DNA of 32,000 nt from Thermoproteota archaeon (GCA_027491935.1 JAOZGB010000002.1:19723-51722), one strand, 5' to 3'. Shown: positions 18,296 through 26,611, numbered from the stretch's first letter. Notes: generated from the sequence alone by a model not told the origin. Numbers and translations are program-made.

Positions 18296-18757
18296 TTAAA
18301 CCATCCTCCTTAGTAGCTTACCTATTTCCCGGCCCCTATATCCGGTTTCTCCTCCTTCTTTAAAAGATTTCTTAGTGCTCCCCTTAAACCCACCGGATGG
18401 TGGTGTAAGCCTAAAGTATGGTTTTAGCCCTGGAATATCTTTCATCGTGATTTTCCCTGTCAGAAGCGCCTTGCATAGTTCATCAATGGACTTCATGTTC
18501 AGTTTCTTTAGTGTTTCCTCCCAGTTTATCCTTCTATCACCATATGTCTTCCCGCGCTTTTCTAAAAGAAGTTTTAAAGTTTCCTCGTCTATTTCGCCGA
18601 ACGTGACGGCATCCTTGGCTACTTGTAGCATTCCTTTAATCTCAGGCTTATATGGCACTAACGTGGCGTGAAACTTTCTTTTAAGCATGAGGAGCTCAAG
18701 AGTTTTTTTAACTTTGGGTTTCAAACCTATCCTTCCCTTAATTCTAATTACAGCCAT
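18296..18757 (-). CDS. rpl30: 50S ribosomal protein L30 (uL30)
   Basis: MAVIRIKGRIGLKPKVKKTLELLMLKRKFHATLV; ATG at 18757 preferred over the TTG at 18784. Confidence 0.9.
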   Translation of the reverse strand: MAVIRIKGRIGLKPKVKKTLELLMLKRKFHATLVPYKPEIKGMLQVAKDAVTFGEIDEETLKLLLEKRGKTYGDRRINWEETLKKLNMKSIDELCKALLTGKITMKDIPGLKPYFRLTPPSGGFKGSTKKSFKEGGETGYRGREIGKLLRRMV

Positions 18758-18786
18758 AAGTCTCCCGTCAGGCTCAGGAGTCAATT

Positions 18787-19404
18787 TTATCCCCCGCGAG
18801 TGTAGATAGGTTTTGCAGACAGGTTGGCTAGCGCCTTGTAAACAGCATATGCATAGTTCATCCTATTACCAGTATTACCCTTGGAGAAAACCCATACATC
18901 CTCAATTCCGGCTAGGGAGAGTAGTATCCTACCAGTTTCATTAGCCACCAATCCCGTACCTCTGGGTGCGGGGTAAATCATTACTCTAACAGAACCTGAG
19001 GAGCCGCTTGTCTTGTATGGTATAGAATGACCTCTTCCACATCCGCACTGCCATGAACCGCAACCTCTCGCTACCTTTACTATATTTAGCTTAGCTTGCT
19101 TTATGGCGTTTCTAATCGCTATCCTGAAGGTTTTACCCTTACCTTTAGCCACACCTAAGTGTCCGTTTCTATCCCCTACTGCTACGACAACTCTTAGACT
19201 ACTAACTTCTCCTGCATCGGTCTGTTTTTGAACTGTATTAACGCATACAAGTTCTTCTTCTATATTAGGTAGCAAGACGTCTATTATTTCCACCTCCTTA
19301 ATCGGAACACCTAGGGATAGTAGCTCGTCTATGTCCTTTATTACTCCTTCGCTTACCATCTTCCCAACTCTCGTCCTCGGCGACCATTCCTCCAATATTT
19401 TCAC
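18787..19404 (-). CDS. rps5: 30S ribosomal protein S5 (uS5)
   Basis: WSPRTRVGKMV..., VVVAVGDRNGHLGVAKGKG, AAPRGTGLVA-like block. Confidence 0.95.
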   Translation of the reverse strand: MKILEEWSPRTRVGKMVSEGVIKDIDELLSLGVPIKEVEIIDVLLPNIEEELVCVNTVQKQTDAGEVSSLRVVVAVGDRNGHLGVAKGKGKTFRIAIRNAIKQAKLNIVKVARGCGSWQCGCGRGHSIPYKTSGSSGSVRVMIYPAPRGTGLVANETGRILLSLAGIEDVWVFSKGNTGNRMNYAYAVYKALANLSAKPIYTRGG

Positions 19405-20003
19405 CCGTAGTCCGATTTAACCTTTTCAACGAGCTTATTAAACTCGGAAACTATGTTAGTGGGATCCCCACCTTGGGATATGATGTTAGAAAATCTCTCA
19501 TTATATAGGTCGGGGTTCTCCTCTTTAAGAAGTTTAGCATAACTAGCTATGTGAACCCCTGAAATTCTATCCATAGGTGGAAGAACTTCTTCTCCACATT
19601 TAATCTTTACGCCCGCATCAATAGCTCCTTTCACGGCTGCATAGATTCTGTTCCCCCTTGTAGAGGCTTGAAGGCCTATGTCTACTATGGCTTCTGATAT
19701 TCCTTTTTTAAGGGCTTTTTTCCCTGCTATATAACCTGTAATGTATGCGGCTGGTAAATTCTTTAGGGAATAGTACCAGTTATACTTCTTTCTTAAGATA
19801 TGCGAGCTTACGCATACCGTAGTTATGTCTCCCTTTACGGAGTAGTCAATGAACTGTACTGTGATGTATCTGTTAGTTTTTCTCACTACGAATCTGGTTT
19901 TCCCACCGAGAAGAAGTCTAAGCCTTCTTCTATAGTCTGTTTTACCTTCTCTTCTCCTACGAAATCTAACTTTGTACCTACTTTGCTTAGACAAGCTCTT
20001 CAC
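19401..20003 (-). CDS. rpl18: 50S ribosomal protein L18 (uL18)
   Basis: YKVRFRRRREGKTDYRRRLRLL N-terminus, 200 aa. Confidence 0.9.
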   Translation of the reverse strand: MKSLSKQSRYKVRFRRRREGKTDYRRRLRLLLGGKTRFVVRKTNRYITVQFIDYSVKGDITTVCVSSHILRKKYNWYYSLKNLPAAYITGYIAGKKALKKGISEAIVDIGLQASTRGNRIYAAVKGAIDAGVKIKCGEEVLPPMDRISGVHIASYAKLLKEENPDLYNERFSNIISQGGDPTNIVSEFNKLVEKVKSDYG

Positions 20004-20439
20004 CTTTGACTAGCTTTTCGTGCACGAGATGTTTTAGCAGGTGAGACCTGCTCCTAAACAGATGTAGTCTATTGTAAAAGTATCTGTATGTATGTCTATC
20101 TATCCTCTTTGAGTCTCTAAGATGTCTTAGTAGTTTTCTAAGTGGCCGTATTCTATTTATCCATCTTCTCTTTTTAGGATACCTGGCATTGAATGTTCCC
20201 TTGAAACTGCCTGTTCCTCGGCGCTTTTTTGATTTTGCCCGGACTCTTGCCCTGCTTACGCCCTTAACCGGTTTTCTCCTGATAACGCCGTCATGGACGA
20301 GTCTTTTTATATCCTCCCTTGTCACTGCCATCTCTATTCTCTCAAGGTTTTCTGGGTCAAAGTATACCCTGTCTTTGCCGCACTTTAGGACTTTAGCTGC
20401 TAGCCTCCTCTGATAACTTAGATTGGTCAATTGTCTCAC
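19987..20439 (-). CDS. rpl19e: 50S ribosomal protein L19e
   Basis: QRRLAAKVLKCGKDRVYFDPE signature; GTG start at 20439 (alternative TTG at 20430). Confidence 0.9.
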   Translation of the reverse strand: MRQLTNLSYQRRLAAKVLKCGKDRVYFDPENLERIEMAVTREDIKRLVHDGVIRRKPVKGVSRARVRAKSKKRRGTGSFKGTFNARYPKKRRWINRIRPLRKLLRHLRDSKRIDRHTYRYFYNRLHLFRSRSHLLKHLVHEKLVKGEELV

Positions 20440-20764
20440 CTATATTTGCAATCTTGATCCCTAACTCCAATGCTTTCCTGTTTATTTCAAGCCTCTTTCT
20501 TTTCCCGACGGTTCTACCCACAATTACTATAACTTTGTCTTTATCTATATTTTCAAGCATTTTAGGATTGTACACTATAACGGGTTTTAGACCCGAGGGA
20601 TGAAGCCCTCTAACAGACCTGGGTTTCCGGTAACCTATTTCAGGCATAGGGGGCCTAGATTTAAGTTTTAATCTCTGTTTATTGTCTATTCCCCTTGGTC
20701 TCCTCCACCTATACATTCTGTTGGGTTTCACCCCAACCCGTATGAATTTTTTCTTCTTCAACAC
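20393..20764 (-). CDS. rpl32e: 50S ribosomal protein L32e
   Basis: RWRRPRGIDNKQRLK...GYRKPRSVRGLHPSG. Confidence 0.9.
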   Translation of the reverse strand: MLKKKKFIRVGVKPNRMYRWRRPRGIDNKQRLKLKSRPPMPEIGYRKPRSVRGLHPSGLKPVIVYNPKMLENIDKDKVIVIVGRTVGKRKRLEINRKALELGIKIANIGETIDQSKLSEEASS

Positions 20765-21322
20765 TTACACCTCTTCTGTGTAGTAATATATTCCATCCTG
20801 GAAGACCCTTGGATCCTTCTTTTTAATCTTGGTCGCCTGCCTTATGTTTGCAGCTGTTTGACCGACTTCTTCTATGTTGATACCCTCAATTACGATTTTA
20901 TCGTCTCCCTCCATGTACACCTTTACGTTGCCAACGATCTTTGCTACTCTCGGTGACCTTTCTCCTAGGAAGTTATTTATAAGAATTAAGCCCCTATCCT
21001 TATCGATTTCAATTTTCATCGGGAAGTGAGAGTAAACTATAATCATTTTTTTCCTGAAACCCCGGGTAACACCGGTAATCATATTTCTAATGTGAGCAGC
21101 AATCGTTCCCCGATAGGCTTTGTGGAATTTTCTATTCCCTTTTGGTATTATTTCTATTATGTTATCCTTCTTTTTTACTTCTAGGATTCTGTCATTGAAG
21201 GTTTTCGAAAGATCTCCAAGCGGTCCTTTAACTCTAACCGTGTCTTTCTCTATATGGACTTCAACCCCGTCTGGTATGGCGACAGTTAGCGGAGGCAGAC
21301 TTTCAACAGGCATATGTACCAC
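20765..21322 (-). CDS. rpl6: 50S ribosomal protein L6 (uL6)
   Basis: 185 aa, two-domain uL6 pattern (VEVHIEKDTVRVKGPLG...), operon position S8-L6. Confidence 0.9.
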   Translation of the reverse strand: MVHMPVESLPPLTVAIPDGVEVHIEKDTVRVKGPLGDLSKTFNDRILEVKKKDNIIEIIPKGNRKFHKAYRGTIAAHIRNMITGVTRGFRKKMIIVYSHFPMKIEIDKDRGLILINNFLGERSPRVAKIVGNVKVYMEGDDKIVIEGINIEEVGQTAANIRQATKIKKKDPRVFQDGIYYYTEEV

Positions 21323-21724
21323 CTAGTAACAATATGCTATTAGTGCGCCGCCAATCTTCATTTTTTTAGCTTCCTTACTGGTTAGCAAGCCTTTACTAGT
21401 AGTTAATATTAGTATGCCTATGTCCTTGCCTGGTAGGTAGTGTTGCTCATGCCTCTCTATTTCTGTATGTTTTATGTTGAATCTAGGCTTTATCGCCCTA
21501 CACCTCGTAATTTTCCCTAACAGTTCTACAACATATTTTCCAAACCTGCCATCGTCAATATACTCAAATTGGCCGATGTACCCTTCTCTCTGGAGTATAC
21601 TAAGCACGTTTCCAAGAAGTTTAGAAGTCATATTTATAACACACTTCCTTTTCCCAAGCTTAGAGTTCACTTCAATGGTCATCAACCCATTTGCTAAAAC
21701 ATCAGGTTTTGTCATCTCATCCAC
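21323..21724 (-). CDS. rps8: 30S ribosomal protein S8 (uS8)
   Basis: DVLANGLMTIEVNSKLGK..., C-terminal GGALIAYCY. Confidence 0.9.
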   Translation of the reverse strand: MDEMTKPDVLANGLMTIEVNSKLGKRKCVINMTSKLLGNVLSILQREGYIGQFEYIDDGRFGKYVVELLGKITRCRAIKPRFNIKHTEIERHEQHYLPGKDIGILILTTSKGLLTSKEAKKMKIGGALIAYCY

Positions 21725-21871
21725 CTAGTAGTACTTCTTCCAGCCCATTTTTTCCGCTATCTCTCTAAAGCATGATCTACAAAGATACAGGTCGTACTTT
21801 CTAATGATACCATATCCCACTCTTCCGCATCTTCTGCAACGGTAAGCCCCCTTCCCCTTTTTTCTTTCCAT
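21725..21871 (-). CDS. rps14: 30S ribosomal protein S14 type Z (uS14), zinc-binding
   Basis: Below the ORF-track size cutoff. Own translation: [48 protein letters not shown] (48 aa, CxxC...CxxC), lying exactly between L5 and S8. Confidence 0.9.
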   Translation of the reverse strand: MERKKGKGAYRCRRCGRVGYGIIRKYDLYLCRSCFREIAEKMGWKKYY

Positions 21872-21882
21872 ATTCTAACACC

Positions 21883-22425
21883 TCATTTAACTTTAAACCC
21901 GAGAACTTCTTCGGCAAATATTATAGCCTCATCCCTAGTTATTCTGTGTTTGGATCCAATTTTATGCTTCTTTATTCTTCTTCTTTTAACCCTGTATCCC
22001 GGTCTTTCGAGAGTGACATAAACGTTCATCCCGTAAATCCCAATCTCAGGATTATATTTCATTCCAGGTATGTCTATATGCTCTTCAATACCAAAACCAA
22101 AGTTTCCATTCTTATCGAAAGAGGTTTTAAGTATCTCTCTGCCAACTGCTTGGGATACTCGGTCTAGAATTTCGTAGGCCTTTTTACCTCTAACAGTGAC
22201 CATACACGCGATCGGCTCGCCTTTATGTATCCCGAAGCTTCTTATGGTTCTTTTAGCCTTCCGTCTTGACGGTTTCTGACCAGTTAGAGTCTCCAGTATC
22301 TGTACTGCCTTCTCTAACGGTTCTCCGCTTGCCCCGACACAAATATTAATACATACTGACGCTATTCTAGGCTTTCTCATAGGGTTACTGTTCCAGTCCT
22401 TAATCACCTCATCTTTATTGTTCAT
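21883..22425 (-). CDS. rpl5: 50S ribosomal protein L5 (uL5)
   Basis: NPMRKPRIASVCINICVG...FGFGIEEHIDIPG. Confidence 0.95.
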   Translation of the reverse strand: MNNKDEVIKDWNSNPMRKPRIASVCINICVGASGEPLEKAVQILETLTGQKPSRRKAKRTIRSFGIHKGEPIACMVTVRGKKAYEILDRVSQAVGREILKTSFDKNGNFGFGIEEHIDIPGMKYNPEIGIYGMNVYVTLERPGYRVKRRRIKKHKIGSKHRITRDEAIIFAEEVLGFKVK

Positions 22426-22427
22426 GT

Positions 22428-23132
22428 TCAGGCACCGTTAACTTTGATTAGAGGCTTATCTCTTCCAACTACCATAATATAGTCTTTAAGTCCACTATAA
22501 ATATGACCATCGTGGGAGATCTTCACCAGATCCGACACTTCAACTATTTCTCCAACTGTTCCGGCATTTTTCCCCCTATAAAATATTGCGATATTGCCTT
22601 CAACTATTGGGAGATGTTCTATTATCTCCTGGCTTGGAATCTTTATGAGGAGGGAATCTCCTCTTCTTATCTCTTGACCGACATCTAAAAGGATAGATCT
22701 TCCGTCATTCGTCCCTAACTGGGTTCTCCCACCTTTAGTGGTTTTTTTAGTGGTCACTTTTACTATTTTCTTATCAGCCTCCTCAGGCGGGATCTCTATG
22801 AGTTTCATCCCCTTGTTTGAGGGGACGATCCTATAGTGTTTATTTAACTTTGGTATGGAAATAACGTCCATTGTACCCACTGGAAACTTGTATTCTCTTC
22901 TAACAACGCTATCTACCTTTATATATCCGCTGTTCAGGATGAATTTGACCTCTCTCAATGTTTCCCCTAGCTTGAGTATGTCTCTTAGAACTATTCCTAA
23001 TGGTATACACAAACCCGTCCTATGAGGTCCCGGTAAAGGCTTTATCGCCCATGTATACCTTTTTACAGGTATTGGCCATACTCCCGGGGCTGCAAACCTT
23101 TTAAGGTGTTTAGACCCTCCCATATGAACCAT
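22428..23132 (-). CDS. rps4e: 30S ribosomal protein S4e
   Basis: GGSKHLKRFAAPGVWPI N-terminus, 234 aa. Confidence 0.95.
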   Translation of the reverse strand: MVHMGGSKHLKRFAAPGVWPIPVKRYTWAIKPLPGPHRTGLCIPLGIVLRDILKLGETLREVKFILNSGYIKVDSVVRREYKFPVGTMDVISIPKLNKHYRIVPSNKGMKLIEIPPEEADKKIVKVTTKKTTKGGRTQLGTNDGRSILLDVGQEIRRGDSLLIKIPSQEIIEHLPIVEGNIAIFYRGKNAGTVGEIVEVSDLVKISHDGHIYSGLKDYIMVVGRDKPLIKVNGA

Positions 23133-23133
23133 A

Positions 23134-23502
23134 TTAGCCTCTCCTCCTTTCTATTATTCTTTCTCTTAGGGGGTCCCCTAGTTTAAGTTCTGTGATCATC
23201 ACTTTAGAAGGGTGTATTGGTACGTAGATTTCTGTTCCATCGGCTTTTTTCCTGGTAACGTTTTCTATGTATATTCTTACTTTTTTGTAGTCTACTCTAA
23301 CTACTTTACCTTCGCTCGCCATATAGTCACCTCTAACAATTAGGACTTTGTCCCCTTTTCTTACTGGTAACCTTTTTATGCCATGTTTCTCTCGAAGACC
23401 GGGAGACAGGGGGGCGGTTAGGAATTTCCTCCTCTCATGAAGCGGGGCGGTGGCTTCGTATTTCCTCTGTTTGCCGGGCTTAGAAGAGCGGGGTCTCACC
23501 AT
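23134..23502 (-). CDS. rpl24: 50S ribosomal protein L24 (uL24)
   Basis: KOW motif VRKGDKVLIVRGDYMASEGKVVRV. Confidence 0.9.
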   Translation of the reverse strand: MVRPRSSKPGKQRKYEATAPLHERRKFLTAPLSPGLREKHGIKRLPVRKGDKVLIVRGDYMASEGKVVRVDYKKVRIYIENVTRKKADGTEIYVPIHPSKVMITELKLGDPLRERIIERRRG

Positions 23503-23503
23503 C

Positions 23504-23929
23504 CTACACCACCATTGAGGCTACCCCTGAAAGAGCTGGGAACCTCTCAACGGCCTCTCTTGCCACCGGTCCTTTGATCTCTGTGCCTCTTGGAGAGTTA
23601 TCGGGTTTTATTAGAACTGCAGCGTTATCCTCGAACATTATTACTTCGCCGTTCTTCCTTCTAAATGGGGCTCTTTGTCTTATTATGACTGCCCGCTGAA
23701 CTGTGTGTACAAGGTCTGGTTTTCCTTCCTTGACAGCTACGATAACCAGATCGCCGACGCTAGCTGAGGGGAGCCTATTTTTAGGTCCCTTATACCCTTT
23801 AACACCTATTATCTGAAGTACTTTAGCCCCGGAATTATCGCTACATTTTACTCTAGCTCCTACTGGTAGCCCTCTAGCTATTCTCCTCCGAGGACCTACC
23901 TTTTTCCTTTTTCTTAGCGCCCTAGCCAT
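23504..23929 (-). CDS. rpl14: 50S ribosomal protein L14 (uL14)
   Basis: VKCSDNSGAKVLQIIGVKGYKG... Confidence 0.95.
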   Translation of the reverse strand: MARALRKRKKVGPRRRIARGLPVGARVKCSDNSGAKVLQIIGVKGYKGPKNRLPSASVGDLVIVAVKEGKPDLVHTVQRAVIIRQRAPFRRKNGEVIMFEDNAAVLIKPDNSPRGTEIKGPVAREAVERFPALSGVASMVV

Positions 23930-24257
23930 ACTTGATCACCCTTCCTAAAACTACGTGGCTAACCGTCTTAGCCAGCCTCCTGCATTCTCCTATTTTAACA
24001 ATATCCCCCTCTCTTATATTTATACAGGCAGGTATATGAGCGTGAATTTTGGATCTTGCTCTCATATACCTTCTATATTTGGGAACATATCTTAGATAGT
24101 CTATTTGGACTGTACAAGTACCAGTCATCTTTGTAGAAACTACTTTGCCGGTTCTAACTCTACCTCTAAATTTGATATTGCCATGGTACGGGCAGTTTTT
24201 GTCTGTACAGGTGCCTTCAGGCTTCTCTACATCCTTAAATATGTCTTTCACGGCCAT
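23922..24257 (-). CDS. rps17: 30S ribosomal protein S17 (uS17)
   Basis: CTDKNCPYHGNIKFRGRVRTGKVVSTKMTGT... Confidence 0.9.
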   Translation of the reverse strand: MAVKDIFKDVEKPEGTCTDKNCPYHGNIKFRGRVRTGKVVSTKMTGTCTVQIDYLRYVPKYRRYMRARSKIHAHIPACINIREGDIVKIGECRRLAKTVSHVVLGRVIKYG

Positions 24258-24520
24258 ATTTTCACCCTGTCTTCAGGTCTCGATACTATCTTATTTCCGT
24301 CAACTCGAACCTGCTCGCCGCTTGGAAGCTTGAATTCAAAAGTCCTATATTTTTTCTCTATTTTCTTCAGGTCCTTTCCGGTTCTAATCACTATTAGATT
24401 CTTGGTTTCGTCTACAACGGTTCCCTTGATACCTATTTGATATGGATCGGGCGAGTTAACTATTTCAACGTCTAATCCTATTAATTCGTGTTTTAATATG
24501 TTTTTTCTTGATATTCTCAT
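24248..24520 (-). CDS. rnp1: Ribonuclease P protein component 1 (Rpp29/Pop4)
   Basis: HELIGLDVEIVNSPDPYQIGIKGTVVDETKNLIVI; conserved position between L29 and S17. Confidence 0.85.
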   Translation of the reverse strand: MRISRKNILKHELIGLDVEIVNSPDPYQIGIKGTVVDETKNLIVIRTGKDLKKIEKKYRTFEFKLPSGEQVRVDGNKIVSRPEDRVKIWP

Positions 24521-24741
24521 CTTAGTCGCCTCCTAGGTTTTATGTACCCCCTCTCTCCCATCACGGTTAAGACTTTTGCTATGGATTTTCTAAGTTCCTT
24601 TTCAACTGAAGGGTTATCTAACTGTCCGGAAACGGCTTTTTGAACTCTAACCCTAAACAGCTCCCTTTTGAGCTCCAACAGTTTATCTTCAAGCGATTTC
24701 CTATCCATCTCTCTCAGTTCTGATAGTCTAACTAGCGGCAA
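24517..24741 (-). CDS. rpl29: 50S ribosomal protein L29 (uL29)
   Basis: 74-aa helical protein, LSELREMDRKSLEDKLLELKRELFRVRVQ. Confidence 0.9.
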   Translation of the reverse strand: MPLVRLSELREMDRKSLEDKLLELKRELFRVRVQKAVSGQLDNPSVEKELRKSIAKVLTVMGERGYIKPRRRLR

Positions 24742-25384
24742 GCTCCTTCACCCTTTCTTTCAACAACTCTTTCGCTCTATCTTCTCGGACCCTTAACTCA
24801 TCGGGCTTTCTTATATCTGGTAAAAGGATTCTAACCTTGACACCCATCATTCCCTGTTTTAGAAGGACGTGTTCAACTGCCTCGTTTACATACTGAGTTG
24901 TTGTTCCTGTTTTCATCATTACACCATCTCTGAATCTAAGGCTTCTAGCTCTCTCTCCGCCGAATTTGCCACTTATAATTATTTCAACCCCGAGGGCTCC
25001 CGCATCCATAACATTTCTCATCGTGAAATACCCGACTCGCCTCGGGTTATAGCCTAAAAGTATTCTTCTTTTTATCTTATTAGCTACGATTCTTGAACTT
25101 AAATATGAGTTCTTAACAGGAATGGCTTCCACATAGGGGTTTTCCATCGAGAATCTCTTTGAGATGATTTCAGCGAGTCTTTTAGATGTTCTACCATGCC
25201 GTCCAATGACAACCCCAGGTCTTTCTGCAAATACTAGTATCCTTTCTTTAACAGCCGATGATATTACTTCCACATGATCGAATCCGGAGTCCTCCAGTTC
25301 TTTCTTTAGAAACTCGTCCAGCTCTGCTTTTTCAAGTTGTTCGGCTACGATCTGTCTATATATCGGCTGTCTTTTCTCATTCAT
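24728..25384 (-). CDS. rps3: 30S ribosomal protein S3 (uS3)
   Basis: KH domain (RPGVVIGRHGRTSKRL) and C-terminal domain, 218 aa. Confidence 0.95.
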   Translation of the reverse strand: MNEKRQPIYRQIVAEQLEKAELDEFLKKELEDSGFDHVEVISSAVKERILVFAERPGVVIGRHGRTSKRLAEIISKRFSMENPYVEAIPVKNSYLSSRIVANKIKRRILLGYNPRRVGYFTMRNVMDAGALGVEIIISGKFGGERARSLRFRDGVMMKTGTTTQYVNEAVEHVLLKQGMMGVKVRILLPDIRKPDELRVREDRAKELLKERVKELAAS

Positions 25385-25847
25385 GCGTCCTCTCCTCCAA
25401 GACTAGCTCGAAGTGTACAAGTTGTTCAATTTTGGGCGTAGCCCTACCGTAAGCCCGTGGAAAATATCTTCTAAGTTTGGGGCCCTGCTGTGCTGCTAGG
25501 TGGACTATGTAGAGAGACTCTATATCCAATCCTTTATCCTCTGCCATGGCTTCACCATGGTCTAGAAGTTCCAAAATCTTGCTAGCGATCTTTTTCGGGT
25601 ATCTACCAGCAGGCCAACCCTGCAGATCATTCCTATGACCAACGTGTTTCTTATAACGTTTGAAAGGGATAGACCTCCTCCCGTTTACTACATCTCTAAG
25701 AAGGTTTCTAGCGTCATCTAATTTCATCCCTTTGACGGCTCTACATACTTCAACAGAATCTTTAAATGAAACTCTCACGTCTCTAAAGCTGACTCTCACT
25801 TGGTTCTCTTTAACTTCTTTGTATGAGTATCCAAAGTTTGGCGGCAA
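25377..25847 (-). CDS. rpl22: 50S ribosomal protein L22 (uL22)
   Basis: 156 aa; VSFKDSVEVCRAVKGMKLDDARNLL...; TTG start preceded by GGAGGG. Confidence 0.9.
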   Translation of the reverse strand: MPPNFGYSYKEVKENQVRVSFRDVRVSFKDSVEVCRAVKGMKLDDARNLLRDVVNGRRSIPFKRYKKHVGHRNDLQGWPAGRYPKKIASKILELLDHGEAMAEDKGLDIESLYIVHLAAQQGPKLRRYFPRAYGRATPKIEQLVHFELVLEERTHE

Positions 25848-25916
25848 AGCTCTTTCCCTCCTTATTTAGCAAAATAATACCTCAGCCACTATTAAAATCT
25901 TTGACTAAGGCAACCA

Positions 25917-25924
25917 TTATATAA
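25917..25924 (+). promoter_or_regulatory. Putative TATA box of the SRP RNA gene
   Basis: TTATATAA centred about 26 nt upstream of the predicted 5' end at 25946. Confidence 0.45.
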
Positions 25925-25945
25925 GATGAGGTGTGTTTAAAATAT

Positions 25946-26264
25946 GGCGGCTGGGGTAGGGCTGGGAGGGTAGCCGCCTCCTACCTCCGGAAGGCTAAAG
26001 CCGGGGCCAGTAATCCCCGGGGGCGGTGCCCCGAAGCACGCCACGGGGTTGGAGTGGAACCTGATGAGGCTTCGCCTCAGGGGGCCTGCGGAGGGGGCGT
26101 TCCCTTGGAGAAGGGACCCCGACCCCCTTGCCAGCGAAACCGGCCAGGCTCGGAAGAGAGCAGCCGTAAGCTGGACGCTAGGTGCTCCTGAGCAACGAGG
26201 CTGAAGAGTCCCCTAACCCACGGGCGTGCCTAGGGTCATCCACCCCGGGGAAGCCCAGCCGCCC
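25946..26264 (+). ncRNA. Signal recognition particle RNA (7S RNA)
   Basis: About 319-nt GC-rich block. 5' GGCGGCUGGG pairs with 3' CCCAGCCGCC (terminal helix). Helix-8-like motif CCAGGCUC-GGAA-GAGAGCAGCCGUAAGCUGG has the GNAR tetraloop and AGCA element that bind SRP54. Ends are +/- a few nt. Confidence 0.85.
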
Positions 26265-26329
26265 ATTCCTGTCTATAGGGTTTCACACTGGTAGTTTATT
26301 AATCGGTTACCCAAATGAAATTTGTGGAA

Positions 26330-26413
26330 TGGGCCGGGAGGGAGTCGAACCCTCGACCTCTGCCTCGTAAGGGCAGCTTTATGCTGTATGTCATACCGCT
26401 AGACTACCGGCCC
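26330..26413 (-). tRNA. tRNA-Val(UAC) with a 12-nt intron at non-canonical position 25/26 (26378..26389)
   Basis: Hand fold: acceptor GGGCCGG/CCGGCCC+A73, D arm GUCU-AGCGGUA-UGAC, [AUACAGCAUAAA], G26, anticodon arm CUGCC-CUUACGA-GGCAG, variable AGGUC, T arm GAGGG-UUCGACU-CCCUC; 84 nt. Confidence 0.85.
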
Positions 26414-26417
26414 ATAG

Positions 26418-26531
26418 CGCCGGGGGTGGGATTCGAACCCACGCGCCCCATGGGGGCACAGGCTTAGCAGGCTTAGGCACACATCTGCCTCCTACCGGAT
26501 TCTCCGGCGTTTGCCTCTAGAGTACCCCGGC
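26418..26531 (-). tRNA. tRNA-Ser(GCU), class II, two non-canonical introns: about 17 nt in the D-loop (26500..26516) and 12 nt at 29/30 (26473..26484)
   Basis: Hand fold: acceptor and T arm identical to Ser(GGA). Removing AUGUGUGCCUAA rebuilds the anticodon arm CAG|GC-CUGCUAA-GCCUG. Removing AGGCAAACGCCGGAGAA rebuilds the D arm CUCU-AG|UCCGGUA-GGAG. Variable arm is U-GCCCC-CAU-GGGGC-GC. 114 nt precursor, about 85 nt mature. Confidence 0.8.
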
Positions 26532-26553
26532 AATAAGGTTAAGTGCTGAAGAC

Positions 26554-26570
26554 TAATTTAAGCTTTATAC
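26554..26570 (-). promoter_or_regulatory. Putative TATA region for the tRNA-Ser(GCU)/tRNA-Val transcription unit
   Basis: Minus-strand GTATAAAGCTTAAATTA lies 22-31 nt upstream of the Ser(GCU) 5' end at 26531. Confidence 0.3.
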
Positions 26571-26611
26571 TTTGGTTTTAAGTAATATGTTTGGGGCTTC
26601 AGCTCTTTAGT

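Noticed and set aside
25931-26370. Two plus-strand ORFs (86 and 62 aa), Gly/Arg/Pro-rich
   Set aside because: They lie across the GC-rich SRP RNA and the reverse complement of tRNA-Val. The open frames come from GC-rich structural RNA. ORF 28499..28681 (minus) likewise overlies tRNA-Pro.
26532-26611. Possible C/D box sRNA in the tRNA-Ser(GCU)/tfe intergenic region (CUGA elements on both strands)
   Set aside because: No RUGAUGA C box or terminal stem accompanies the CUGA motifs. The region is better explained as the tRNA promoter and the tfe 3' region.
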